A stretch of 64,000 bases of DNA from Streptosporangiaceae bacterium (GTDB lineage: Bacteria > Actinomycetota > Actinomycetes > Streptosporangiales > Streptosporangiaceae). This document shows positions 36,138 through 44,290 of this stretch, one piece after another. Numbering within the stretch: the first letter of the stretch is position 1; every line of letters starts with the position of its first letter. Below the pieces are notes generated by a model, which was given only the letters and a program-made list of their open reading frames with translations, did no database searches and was not told the origin of the DNA. The DNA lies in contig JBKQSL010000045.1 of the NCBI GenBank assembly GCA_052143655.1, forward strand, positions 3,793 to 67,792, written 5' to 3'. A program made the position numbers and the translations under genes.

Positions 36138-36182
36138 GACCGCGATTGTGCCAGTGCGCGAGCACTGCCCGGCCTGCGTCCC

Positions 36183-36236
36183 GCCATGATCCCGAAGCAT
36201 TGGCGCCACCGGGTGCACCGCGATGAATCCTCACCG
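36183..36236 (-). repeat. Palindromic-element family member (reverse orientation relative to 40477-40535)
   Basis: catgatcccgaag ... gatgaatcctcac; both 13-mers are identical to the reverse complement of 40477-40535. Confidence 0.65.
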
Positions 36237-36437
36237 AGGTTCGCAGCCGCAACCCGAACGCTGACTATCGAGTGGACCACACAGCTCTAACCCACTGGGT
36301 GGCCCGGACGGCCTTTCGTCCCGGCCTCTGCCCGGCATCTTGACCCACCGCCAAGAACCCCGATGGTCGAAGTCTTGCACCTGAGCGGTCGCCGGACCGG
36401 CGTAACCGCGCCGGAACTGCCGGGACCGCCAACGAGG

Positions 36438-37193
36438 TTAGGCCTGGAGCAGGTGGTGGTAGACGGCCTGAGTCGCGGCGCCTGGGGAGATTCCGAGTTC
36501 GTCGCGAAGGGTCTCGCGCAGCCTGGCGTGGACGTTGAGCGCCTCGGCGACGTTGCCCTGGGCGGCCAGGGCGCGCATGAGTACCTGATAACCGCTCTCC
36601 CGGAGCGGGGCGAGAGTGACGAGCTGGCGGCCGGCCCGAACTGCTGCTGGGAGCTCGGTCCCGCCGACCCCTAGCGCTGCAACTGCGTAGGATTCCAGGG
36701 CCCTGAGGCGGATGTCTGCCAGATGCTGGCGCTGCTGGGTGATCCAGGGTGCGTCCTCTCCGGGCAGGAACTCGCGCTCAGCGACGAATATTGCTACCAG
36801 GGACGGGCCCCAGGCCTGTTTCCAGCGACCGAGCGCGACTTGTGACTCGGCCCGGTGCGCGGCCTCTGCGGCGGCCTCCACATCGACCCGGGCGTCCTCT
36901 CCCAGCTGCAGGCGCAGGGCCGTCCGGCCGTCGATGACTTCCGGTCCCAGAATCTTGCGCAGCTTGGAGATCAGGGCATTGAGCCCGGTTTCGGCGGCGG
37001 TAGGGAGCAGACGTGGCCAGATGGCCTCGGCTAGCTCGTCGCGGCTGACGAGCCGGTGCCGGTTGAGGACCAGGTAGGCGAACAGGAGCCTGCCCTGGCG
37101 GCCCGGCAGGCGGCCGTCCAGGCGCTCGCCGTCCCGTTCGACGACTGTCTGCCCGCAGAGCTGGATCCTCGTGGCGGCTGGCACCAAGGTCAC
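36438..37193 (-). CDS. SARP/AfsR-family transcriptional regulator (OmpR-type wHTH + BTAD)
   Basis: RLLFAYLVLNRHRLVSRDELAEAIWP...; C-terminal YQVLMRALAAQGNVAEALNVHARLRETLRDELGISPG. Confidence 0.85.
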   Translation of the reverse strand: MTLVPAATRIQLCGQTVVERDGERLDGRLPGRQGRLLFAYLVLNRHRLVSRDELAEAIWPRLLPTAAETGLNALISKLRKILGPEVIDGRTALRLQLGEDARVDVEAAAEAAHRAESQVALGRWKQAWGPSLVAIFVAEREFLPGEDAPWITQQRQHLADIRLRALESYAVAALGVGGTELPAAVRAGRQLVTLAPLRESGYQVLMRALAAQGNVAEALNVHARLRETLRDELGISPGAATQAVYHHLLQA

Positions 37194-37243
37194 GCCAACA
37201 TTGTGCCAATAACGTGGGCGTATACCACCAGGAGGAGGAAGCG

Positions 37244-37402
37244 ATGGCCAGGATCATCCAGTGCGAGTGCGGGTTCGTGGCCCGGGGACAGACCGACGCC
37301 GAGGTGATCGGCGCGATCCGCGGGCACATGCGAACTGACCATCCCGATCTCCTGGCCACGGTCGATCAGGAGGACCTGCTCGGCTGGATCAAAGTGGAAT
37401 AG
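37244..37402 (+). CDS. DUF1059-like small metal-binding protein (52 aa)
   Basis: SD aggaggagg; MARIIQCECGFVARGQTDAEVIGAIRGHMRTDHPD. Confidence 0.7.
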   Translation: MARIIQCECGFVARGQTDAEVIGAIRGHMRTDHPDLLATVDQEDLLGWIKVE

Positions 37403-37424
37403 GCCAGACCCAGGGAGGGCCAAG

Positions 37425-38279
37425 ATGACCGCGCAAGACACCACGACGAAGTACGAGGGATATGAGAGAGGCGAGGTTCTGGTTACCCCGCAGTGGCTCG
37501 AGGAGCACCTCCACGACCCCGCGCTGCGCGTGGTCGAGGTGGACGTGAGCCGGGCTGGCTACGATGCGGGGCACATCGAGGGCGCCGTGCTGTGGAACGT
37601 CTACAGCGACCTGAAGGACAGCAGCTACCACCTCGTCGGCGAGCAGGCTGTCGGAAGCCTGCTCGCCCGCTCCGGGATCCGCCCGGACTCCACCGTGGTC
37701 GTCTACGGTTACGCACCCACGATGGGCCTGTGGCTGCTGAACCTGTACGGCCACGCCGACGTCCGCATCCTCGATTGCGCCCGGGCCAGGTGGCAGGACG
37801 AAGGCCGGCCCTGGACCAGTGCCGTAGCCAGCCCCGTCGCTACCCGGTACCCCCTGCCCGGCCAGGACACGCGGATCCGGGCCGGCCAGCGGAGGGTGGA
37901 AGATGCGATCGGCGACCCGGCGTGCACCATAGTGGATGTGCGCACCGAAGCGGAGTACCGCGGTGAGCGATTCTGGCCGTCCGGCGGCTCCGAACCAGGC
38001 GGTCGTGCCGGTCACATTCCCTCGGCCGTGCATCTGCCGGTCGAAGGCGTCCTCGATGAGCGCGGGTCGTTCCGCACCGCCGCCGAGCTGCGTGAGCTGT
38101 TCTCGCCACTCGGCCCATCTGGCGACGGCGAACTGATCACGTACTGCACCATCGGCGGCCGCGCCTGCACTGCCTGGTTCGCCCTGACGTACCTGCTCGG
38201 CCGCGACCATGTGCGGGTCTATGACGGCTCGTGGGCGGAGTGGGGGAAGCTGCCAGCCACGCCCGTCGACTGCGCCTAG
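37425..38279 (+). CDS. Rhodanese-type sulfurtransferase (tandem rhodanese domains)
   Basis: Active-site loop YCTIGGRAC. Confidence 0.85.
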   Translation: MTAQDTTTKYEGYERGEVLVTPQWLEEHLHDPALRVVEVDVSRAGYDAGHIEGAVLWNVYSDLKDSSYHLVGEQAVGSLLARSGIRPDSTVVVYGYAPTMGLWLLNLYGHADVRILDCARARWQDEGRPWTSAVASPVATRYPLPGQDTRIRAGQRRVEDAIGDPACTIVDVRTEAEYRGERFWPSGGSEPGGRAGHIPSAVHLPVEGVLDERGSFRTAAELRELFSPLGPSGDGELITYCTIGGRACTAWFALTYLLGRDHVRVYDGSWAEWGKLPATPVDCA

Positions 38280-38344
38280 CCGGATCGCAGTATCCAGCCA
38301 CGGGCTGGCCCGAGACGCCGCATCGTTCCCGCGGGCTGCTTCTG

Positions 38345-39094
38345 TCACGTGCAGGTCCAGCCGCCATCGACCACGAGCGTGTGGCCGGTGACATAGCTGG
38401 AAGCATCCGACGCCAGGAACAGCAGGGGTCCGTCGAGTTCCTCGATGGACGGGACGCGTGCCAGCAGGGTCTGGCTTTCGATGTGCGCGACGAAGCCGGG
38501 GTCGGCCAGCATTCCGGTCAGCTCGGTGGCGAAATACCCGGGAGCGAGCGCGTTCACGCGCACCCGCCGCGGACCCCACTGGGCGGCCAGCTGACGCGTA
38601 AGGTTAACCAGCGCGGCCTTGGTCGCATTGTAGGCGGCCATCGGCCCGCGCGAGGCGACCAGGCCGTAGATGGACGCGATGTTGATCACTGAGGCGTGCT
38701 CGCTGGCGAACAGCAGTGGTGCCGCCAGACGGCACAGGTCCAGCACCGCAACCAGGTTGACCTGAACGACGGTTTCCAGCTCGTCGAGTGTCTGATCTTC
38801 CAGCGGGCCGTCGTCGCAGATCCCGGCGTTGTTGACCAGGATGTCGAGCCGGCCGAAACGATCTGCTACCGCTGCAGCCACCGCCTGCCGGTGCGCGGCG
38901 GATGCGATATCGCCGGCCACCGCGACCGCATCGAGCTGGCCGGCCAGCTGCTCAAGGCGGTCTGCCCGCCGGGCCGTCACCACGACATCGGCGCCGGCCT
39001 CACGCAGCACCCTCGCAAATCGTTCGCCCAGGCCCGACGAGGCCCCCGTGACGAGAGCCACCCGGCCAGAAAGAAGCCCGCTGCCCGTATCCAT
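38345..39094 (-). CDS. Short-chain dehydrogenase/reductase (SDR)
   Basis: ALVTGASSGLGERFA and NNAGI motifs. Confidence 0.85.
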   Translation of the reverse strand: MDTGSGLLSGRVALVTGASSGLGERFARVLREAGADVVVTARRADRLEQLAGQLDAVAVAGDIASAAHRQAVAAAVADRFGRLDILVNNAGICDDGPLEDQTLDELETVVQVNLVAVLDLCRLAAPLLFASEHASVINIASIYGLVASRGPMAAYNATKAALVNLTRQLAAQWGPRRVRVNALAPGYFATELTGMLADPGFVAHIESQTLLARVPSIEELDGPLLFLASDASSYVTGHTLVVDGGWTCT

Positions 39095-39191
39095 CCCGTC
39101 ATCGTCCCATCACAGGCACGCCCGAGCGCTGGCAGCACATCCTGGGCGCTGAACCTCCGGTGCCGACAGGAGCGCGAGAACCCGGCGTGCT

Positions 39192-39515
39192 GTGCCGCCC
39201 AGCGACGGCAAACTCGTCCTCGACAGGCCACGAGGATTCGGCGATCTGCTTCCCTGCTCAGTCGTCGCAGGCCCGGAGGCCAGTCACTCACCGTGGCAGC
39301 ACTTTGCCTCCACGGGGGCGACTGGGAGCCAAGCGTGGCGCGAGTCCGGACTCGGAGCCCCAGCCGGTATCGACGCTCTCAGCCTGAAGATCAGCCACCT
39401 GGAACAGCAAGTCACCGATCTGCGGGCGCAACTCGAAGAACGCGGCGAAGACCTCGCCGCCGCCCGTGCCGCCAACCGCGAGCTCATAACCCGCCTGAAC
39501 GCCCGGCACCCGTGA
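39192..39515 (+). CDS. Doubtful ORF; only the C-terminal coiled-coil (LKISHLEQQVTDLRAQLEERGEDLAAARAANRELITRLN) looks protein-like, possible gene remnant
   Basis: GTG start, poor N-terminal composition. Confidence 0.25.
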   Translation: MPPSDGKLVLDRPRGFGDLLPCSVVAGPEASHSPWQHFASTGATGSQAWRESGLGAPAGIDALSLKISHLEQQVTDLRAQLEERGEDLAAARAANRELITRLNARHP

Positions 39516-39518
39516 CCG

Positions 39519-40142
39519 GTGGCCACGCCGCCCTCCCCGGGCGGTGCAGCCGGCTGCTACATTGACCGTTCCGTGGAAGTCACCTTGCCGGCCCTCGTCG
39601 CCGCCGCAACCCAGCAGGCCCGTTCGGCGGATTTCCAGTTCTCCTGCGAGCCAGGTACCGGCCAGTTGCTGGCGGTCCTCGCCGCGCACCTTCCCGCCCG
39701 CGCCCGGGTCCTCGAGCTCGGCACCGGCACCGGGGTGGGAACCGCCTGGATCGTCTCCGCGCTGCTCCCCAGGACCGACGTCACAGTGACCACGGTCGAG
39801 AAAGACCCGCAGACCGCGACCCTGGCCGCTCAGGGCGACTGGCCAAAGTTCGTTGACCTGCGGCACGGGGACGCACTGGACCTGCTGCCCGGGCTCGGCA
39901 CGTTCGACCTGATCTTCGCTGACGCTCAGGGCGGCAAATGGGAAGGACTCAGCCGCACGATCGCCGCCCTGAATCCGCACGGCCTGCTCGCCGTCGACGA
40001 CATGACCCCCGCGCCGGACTGGACCAGCGAGCAACGCGCCAGGCAAGACGAGGTACGCCGGACCCTGCTCACCAGTCCGCTGCTCACCTCGGTCGAACTC
40101 GACCACGGCTCCGGAGTCATCCTCAGCGCTCGCCACGCCTAG
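39519..40142 (+). CDS. Class I SAM-dependent (O-)methyltransferase
   Basis: VLELGTGTGVGTAWI SAM-binding motif. Confidence 0.75.
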   Translation: MATPPSPGGAAGCYIDRSVEVTLPALVAAATQQARSADFQFSCEPGTGQLLAVLAAHLPARARVLELGTGTGVGTAWIVSALLPRTDVTVTTVEKDPQTATLAAQGDWPKFVDLRHGDALDLLPGLGTFDLIFADAQGGKWEGLSRTIAALNPHGLLAVDDMTPAPDWTSEQRARQDEVRRTLLTSPLLTSVELDHGSGVILSARHA

Positions 40143-40476
40143 CGGCAGGCCGGCCACCGATTTCCAGCCATCCCCCGAGACACAGGCACACCGTCTCTCC
40201 GCGTCCTTGCACCACACCTGTCCCGGCAGATAGCCTCTCATCTAACAGCCTCTGAGCTGCACAAACAGGAGAAGCCAAGCCTCCGGCACATTGGCGAACC
40301 CCGGAGAACAGCCCCCACGCGTAGATCACTTTGACGCACACCGCGTCCCTGAACGCAGCCAGCGCCCCTTCCGCCCCGCCGAGCTGATCCGGCTCACCTG
40401 GGCGTCTGCGTAGTCGAAGAACGCCTCTGCTCGCACTCGCCGGCCCAGCCGTACCGCGGCCCCGCCCCCGCACCAC

Positions 40477-40535
40477 CCGTGAGGATTCATCACACAGCCA
40501 CCGGTGACCGCTACGTCTTCGGGATCATGAACCGG
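40477..40535 (+). repeat. Palindromic-element family member, 3' of the convergent methyltransferase genes
   Basis: ccgtgaggattcatc...cttcgggatcatgaaccgg. Termini resemble those of 17984-18053 and 19109-19179 (GGAWTYCATGATC-type). Confidence 0.6.
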
Positions 40536-40555
40536 CCGGCGGCGGCCGGCGCGCG

Positions 40556-41254
40556 TCAGCCGGGCTGCCAGATCGTGGTGCGCTTGACCTGGCTGTCTTC
40601 CAGGCCCGGCCAGGCCGGGACGTCATAGCTGGCCACCGGCGCGAACCCGGTCCGTGGCAGGTATGCCCGGCCCGGGTCGCCGAGCAGCACGCCAGCGCCC
40701 CGGGCCCGGGCCCGGCGCAGGAACGCGGCCAGCCGCCGTGCCAGCACGCGCTCGTAGCAGGCGTCCCCGGCCAGGATCAGATTCGCGGGAGTGCTGCCGT
40801 GCGGGGCAGCGCCATCGCCATCGCCATCGCCATCGCCATCGCCATCGCCGAGCACATCGCCGACGGCGAGATCGAGCACAACGCCGTTGGCCCGGGCATT
40901 GAGCGCAATCGCGGCCAGCGCCAGCGGGTCAATCTCGTTTGCGGTCACCGCGGCGGCGCCGGCCATCGCGGCCGCGATGGCCACCAGGCCGGACCCGGAC
41001 GCCACGTCCAGCACGACCCGCCCCGCCGCCCGTTCGGGGTGGTCGAGCAGGTGACGGGCGAGCGCAGTGCCCCCTGCCCACGGGAAAGCCCAGTACGGGA
41101 CCGGCAGCGGCGACTCGCCCATGGCCGTCTCGATCCGCTCCCACAGGCCGAACGGCTCGGGCGCCAGGTGCAGCCGGATCTCGGGCAGCAGCGGCGGCGA
41201 CACCAGGCGGGTGCTGGCCTGGATGAAGTCCGCGGCCGTTATCGCGGGCGGCAT
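40556..41254 (-). CDS. SAM-dependent methyltransferase (PrmA/COG3897-like)
   Basis: VVLDVASGSGLVAIAAAMAGA...ANEIDP. Start ATG 41254 (MPPAITAADF); the upstream part of the ORF is tandem-repeat sequence. Confidence 0.75.
   Translation of the reverse strand: MPPAITAADFIQASTRLVSPPLLPEIRLHLAPEPFGLWERIETAMGESPLPVPYWAFPWAGGTALARHLLDHPERAAGRVVLDVASGSGLVAIAAAMAGAAAVTANEIDPLALAAIALNARANGVVLDLAVGDVLGDGDGDGDGDGDGAAPHGSTPANLILAGDACYERVLARRLAAFLRRARARGAGVLLGDPGRAYLPRTGFAPVASYDVPAWPGLEDSQVKRTTIWQPG
40811..40846. repeat. Hexanucleotide microsatellite (gccatc)x6 inside the methyltransferase CDS, encoding (GD)6
   Basis: Perfect 36-bp array; protein reads LGDGDGDGDGDGDGAAP. Confidence 0.95.
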
Positions 41255-41325
41255 GCCCGGGCCCCGCCCGCCGCCGGGGCCGGCAGCGTGCGCCGCCGCA
41301 AAGCCTGTCGTCGCGAATCCTGTTA

Positions 41326-41370
41326 CCGCGGGGCCTGCCACCGCGGGGCCTGCCACCGCAGGGCCTGCCA
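41326..41370. repeat. 15-bp tandem repeat x3 (ccgcggggcctgcca; third copy 1 mismatch) starting 2 nt after a stop codon
   Basis: 41326-41340, 41341-41355, 41356-41370. Stop (tca) of the upstream minus-strand gene is at 41373-41375. Confidence 0.9.
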
Positions 41371-41372
41371 CC

Positions 41373-41747
41373 TCATGGCACGTCGCCGGAGGGCCGGTCA
41401 TCTCGGGGCCGGAGCGTCTGACGGATGGTGCCATCGGAAGCCGCATGGAAGATCACTGCGCCCGGGCCGGCCTCGCGCACGGCCGCCAGGTCCGCCGGAT
41501 CGGGCCCGGCCGTATCACTGACCAGTGCAGCCGCTTCCAGGCTGGCCGCCCCGCTGGAGACGGCCATTGCCACCGCCAGGCGCAGCGCGGACAGCCGCAG
41601 CGACGGCAGTGCCACTGCGGACGCCGCGTAGGTACGCCCGGTCTCGTCGCGTACGGCGGCGCCCTCGGCCGCCGCTACCCGCGCCCGGGCCGATCGGGCC
41701 AGCGTGATGATCTTGAGATCTTCCGGGCCCGGCTCTGCGCCGCTCAC
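41373..41747 (-). CDS. Cytidine-deaminase-fold-like small conserved protein
   Basis: GTG 41747; LKIITLARSARARVAAAEGAAVRDETGRTYAASAVALPSLRLSALRLAVAMAVSSGA. Position between the CBS-hemolysin gene and era-side genes is typical of actinobacteria. Confidence 0.55.
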   Translation of the reverse strand: MSGAEPGPEDLKIITLARSARARVAAAEGAAVRDETGRTYAASAVALPSLRLSALRLAVAMAVSSGAASLEAAALVSDTAGPDPADLAAVREAGPGAVIFHAASDGTIRQTLRPRDDRPSGDVP

Positions 41748-41884
41748 CCGGGTGAGTCTAGTGGCCGACTGCGCCGGCGAGCCCGGTTCCGGCCTACCCG
41801 GTGCCACCGGGCGGCCGTTTCCATCGAGCCCGCGGCGACCCGGAACGGCCCGACCCGCACCAGCCGGATCGGGCTGGAACCGCC

Positions 41885-43456
41885 CTAGCCGGATCCGGCC
41901 GGCTCGTCCCGGCCGGGGGCGGGTCCAGGACGATCGGGACCGCCGCGAGCACCCGGGCCGGGGTGGTCTGACGCGGCTGGCGCCCGCCTGCCCGCCGCGG
42001 GCGAAGTCACCTGCCCCGGCCGGGCAGCTGTCTGCGACCGGGCTGATGTCTGCGGCCGGGGCGACTGCGGCCCGGCCGGCAAATCCGGCTCCGGCCCCTG
42101 CGGCGGGTCCTGCTCCCGCGCCCGGGCGGCTGGCGACCGGGCGGGAGACTGAGCCGCCTGCTCGGCGCCGGGACGCCACTGGCCGTCGGCGAGCATGTCG
42201 CCGGGACCCGGCTGGAGCCGCCGAACCCGGACGGTGCCGATCCGGTTACGCCGCCCTGCCAGGTTCTCGGCGGTCAGCTCGAGCCCCGCAACGTGCGCCA
42301 CCGAGCCCGCGATCGGCACCCGGCCCAGCAGCTGGGCGAGCAGGCCGCCGACGGTCTCCACGTCCTCGGCCTCGATCGAGACGGCGAACAGCTCCTCTAG
42401 CTCCTCCACCGCCAGCCGCGCGGTCACCCGAGCGGTTCCCCCGCCCAGCCAATCCACCGGCGGCAGCTCCTTGTCGTACTCGTCGGTGATCTCGCCGACG
42501 ATCTCCTCGAGAATGTCCTCGATCGTCACCAGCCCCGCCGTGCCGCCGTACTCGTCGATGACGATGGCCAGGTGGATCTGCTGCGCCTGCATCTCCCGCA
42601 GAAGCTCGTCGACGGGCTTGCTCTCGGGCACGAACGTGGCCGGCCGCATGATCGAGCTGACCGCCTCCGCCTCCGCCTCCCGGTACTCGTAGCTGCGGGT
42701 GACGATGTCCTTGAGGTAGGCAATCCCGATGATGTCGTCGAGGTTCTCGCCGACCACGGGTATCCGGGAGAACCCGCTGCGCAGCGCCAGCGACAGCGCC
42801 TGGCGCAGGGTCTTGCCGTGCTCGACAAAGACCATCTCGGTGCGCGGCACCATGACCTCGCGGACGATCGTGTCGCTCAGCTCGAACACCGAGTGAATCA
42901 TCTCGCGCTCGTCTGGCTCGATCACCCGGCGGCGGGCCAGCAGGTCCACCAGCCCGCGCAGGTCCGCCTCCGAGCCGGACGGGCCGCCGCGCGGCTCCCC
43001 GCCGGGCCCGGGCGCACCGCCGCCGGCCAGCAGCCGGGGCAGCGGGCCGAGCAGGCGCACGACGGGACGCATGACGGCCGCCGCGGTGCTGGCCACCTGC
43101 ACCGCGCGGCGGTTGCCCAGCGACCGCGGCACAACCCCGACCATCAGGTAGGTCGCCACGATCATGACGGCGGCGGTGATGGCAAACACCCGCCAGCCTG
43201 TCCCGAGCCAGTGCACCAGGACCGCGCTGAGCAGCACCGTGGCCCCGACAACGGCCGCGATCCTGGCCAGCAGCAGCACCGCCACATAACGGGGAACCTC
43301 GGCCAGCACCGCATGCAGCGGCGCCGCCGAATGGCCGGCGGACCGGCCCAGCTCCTTGGCGCCCGCGCGGGACAGCCGCACCAGCGCGGCCTCGGCGCTG
43401 GCGCACCAGCCGGCCAGCAGCAGCAGCGCGGCCGTGGCCACGAGCAGCCAGCCCAC
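41885..43456 (-). CDS. Hemolysin-family / CNNM transporter-like protein (DUF21 + 2xCBS + CorC_HlyC) with ~110-aa low-complexity tail
   Basis: N-terminal TM helices; VREVMVPRTEMVFV...; CBS pair; CorC-like C-domain. Confidence 0.9.
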   Translation of the reverse strand: MGWLLVATAALLLLAGWCASAEAALVRLSRAGAKELGRSAGHSAAPLHAVLAEVPRYVAVLLLARIAAVVGATVLLSAVLVHWLGTGWRVFAITAAVMIVATYLMVGVVPRSLGNRRAVQVASTAAAVMRPVVRLLGPLPRLLAGGGAPGPGGEPRGGPSGSEADLRGLVDLLARRRVIEPDEREMIHSVFELSDTIVREVMVPRTEMVFVEHGKTLRQALSLALRSGFSRIPVVGENLDDIIGIAYLKDIVTRSYEYREAEAEAVSSIMRPATFVPESKPVDELLREMQAQQIHLAIVIDEYGGTAGLVTIEDILEEIVGEITDEYDKELPPVDWLGGGTARVTARLAVEELEELFAVSIEAEDVETVGGLLAQLLGRVPIAGSVAHVAGLELTAENLAGRRNRIGTVRVRRLQPGPGDMLADGQWRPGAEQAAQSPARSPAARAREQDPPQGPEPDLPAGPQSPRPQTSARSQTAARPGQVTSPAAGRRAPAASDHPGPGARGGPDRPGPAPGRDEPAGSG

Positions 43457-43461
43457 GGCGG

Positions 43462-44226
43462 CTAGCCCGGCCTTCCCCGGCTGCCGCCGGCTCCGCCCGC
43501 GGGACCGGGCTCGTCAGCGGCGGCCGGGCCGCCCGCAGCGCTGCCCGACTCGGTCACCCCGCCCGGCGCGGCAGTCCCGCCCCCGTCCTGAGCAGCACTG
43601 GCGTCCTGGGCAGGGTCCCCGTCCTGAGCAGCACCGCCGCGCTCCGCAGGAGTCCCGTCGCTGTCCCCAGCGACGCCATCCGGCCCGGCCGCAGCGTCCT
43701 GGCCGGTATCCGCGGCGGCGCCCGCCGGGCCGTCCTGGCCGGCTGCCCGGTCCGCGCGCCACGATGCGATCAGCCGGTCTTGCAGGCCGAACATGGTCGC
43801 GTGTTCGGCCGCATCGGCATGGTCGTAGCCGAGCAGGTGCAAGATGCCGTGCACGGTGAGCAGCTCCAGCTCGTCCGCCACCGGCAGGCCCGCCTGCCGG
43901 GCCTGCGCCGCGGCCACCTGCGGGCAGATCACCACGTCGCCGAGCAGGCCGGGGATGCCTTCCGGGTCGCTGCCGGCCGGGTCGGCCCGGCCGCCGCCCG
44001 GCTGCGGCGGCCGCAGCTCGTCCATGGGGAAGGACAGCACGTCTGTCGGTCCCGGCTCGCCCATCCAGCGCACGTGCAGCTCGGTCATCGCAGGCTCGTC
44101 GACCAGCAGCACCGACAGCTCGGCGAACGGGTGGATGCGCAGCTCGTCCAGGACGTGCCGGGCCAGTGCGGCAAGCGCGGCCGCGTCCGCCGGCGCCCCG
44201 GACTCGTTGGCGATCTCGATGCTCAC
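43462..44226 (-). CDS. ybeY: rRNA maturation endoribonuclease YbeY with ~90-aa Ala/Gly/Asp-rich C-terminal tail
   Basis: GTG 44226 ([10 protein letters not shown]); [11 protein letters not shown] zinc motif. Confidence 0.85.
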   Translation of the reverse strand: MSIEIANESGAPADAAALAALARHVLDELRIHPFAELSVLLVDEPAMTELHVRWMGEPGPTDVLSFPMDELRPPQPGGGRADPAGSDPEGIPGLLGDVVICPQVAAAQARQAGLPVADELELLTVHGILHLLGYDHADAAEHATMFGLQDRLIASWRADRAAGQDGPAGAAADTGQDAAAGPDGVAGDSDGTPAERGGAAQDGDPAQDASAAQDGGGTAAPGGVTESGSAAGGPAAADEPGPAGGAGGSRGRPG

Positions 44227-44245
44227 CGCGATCCCTGCTGCCCGG

Positions 44246-44290
44246 TCAGTGGGCCTGGTCTCAGTGGGCCTGGTCTCAGTGGGCCTGGTC
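44246..44290. repeat. Perfect 15-bp tandem repeat x3 (tcagtgggcctggtc) directly abutting the phoH stop codon
   Basis: 44246-44260, 44261-44275, 44276-44290. On the coding strand each unit is gaccaggcccacTGA, in frame with phoH. Confidence 0.95.

Noticed and set aside
40556-42179. Extended N-termini (ORFs 40556..41446 and 41373..42179) as real coding sequence
   Set aside because: The extensions consist of tandem-repeat or Ala/Gly/Pro/Arg low-complexity sequence and overlap the upstream genes. Internal starts (41254, 41747) give proteins of family-typical length.
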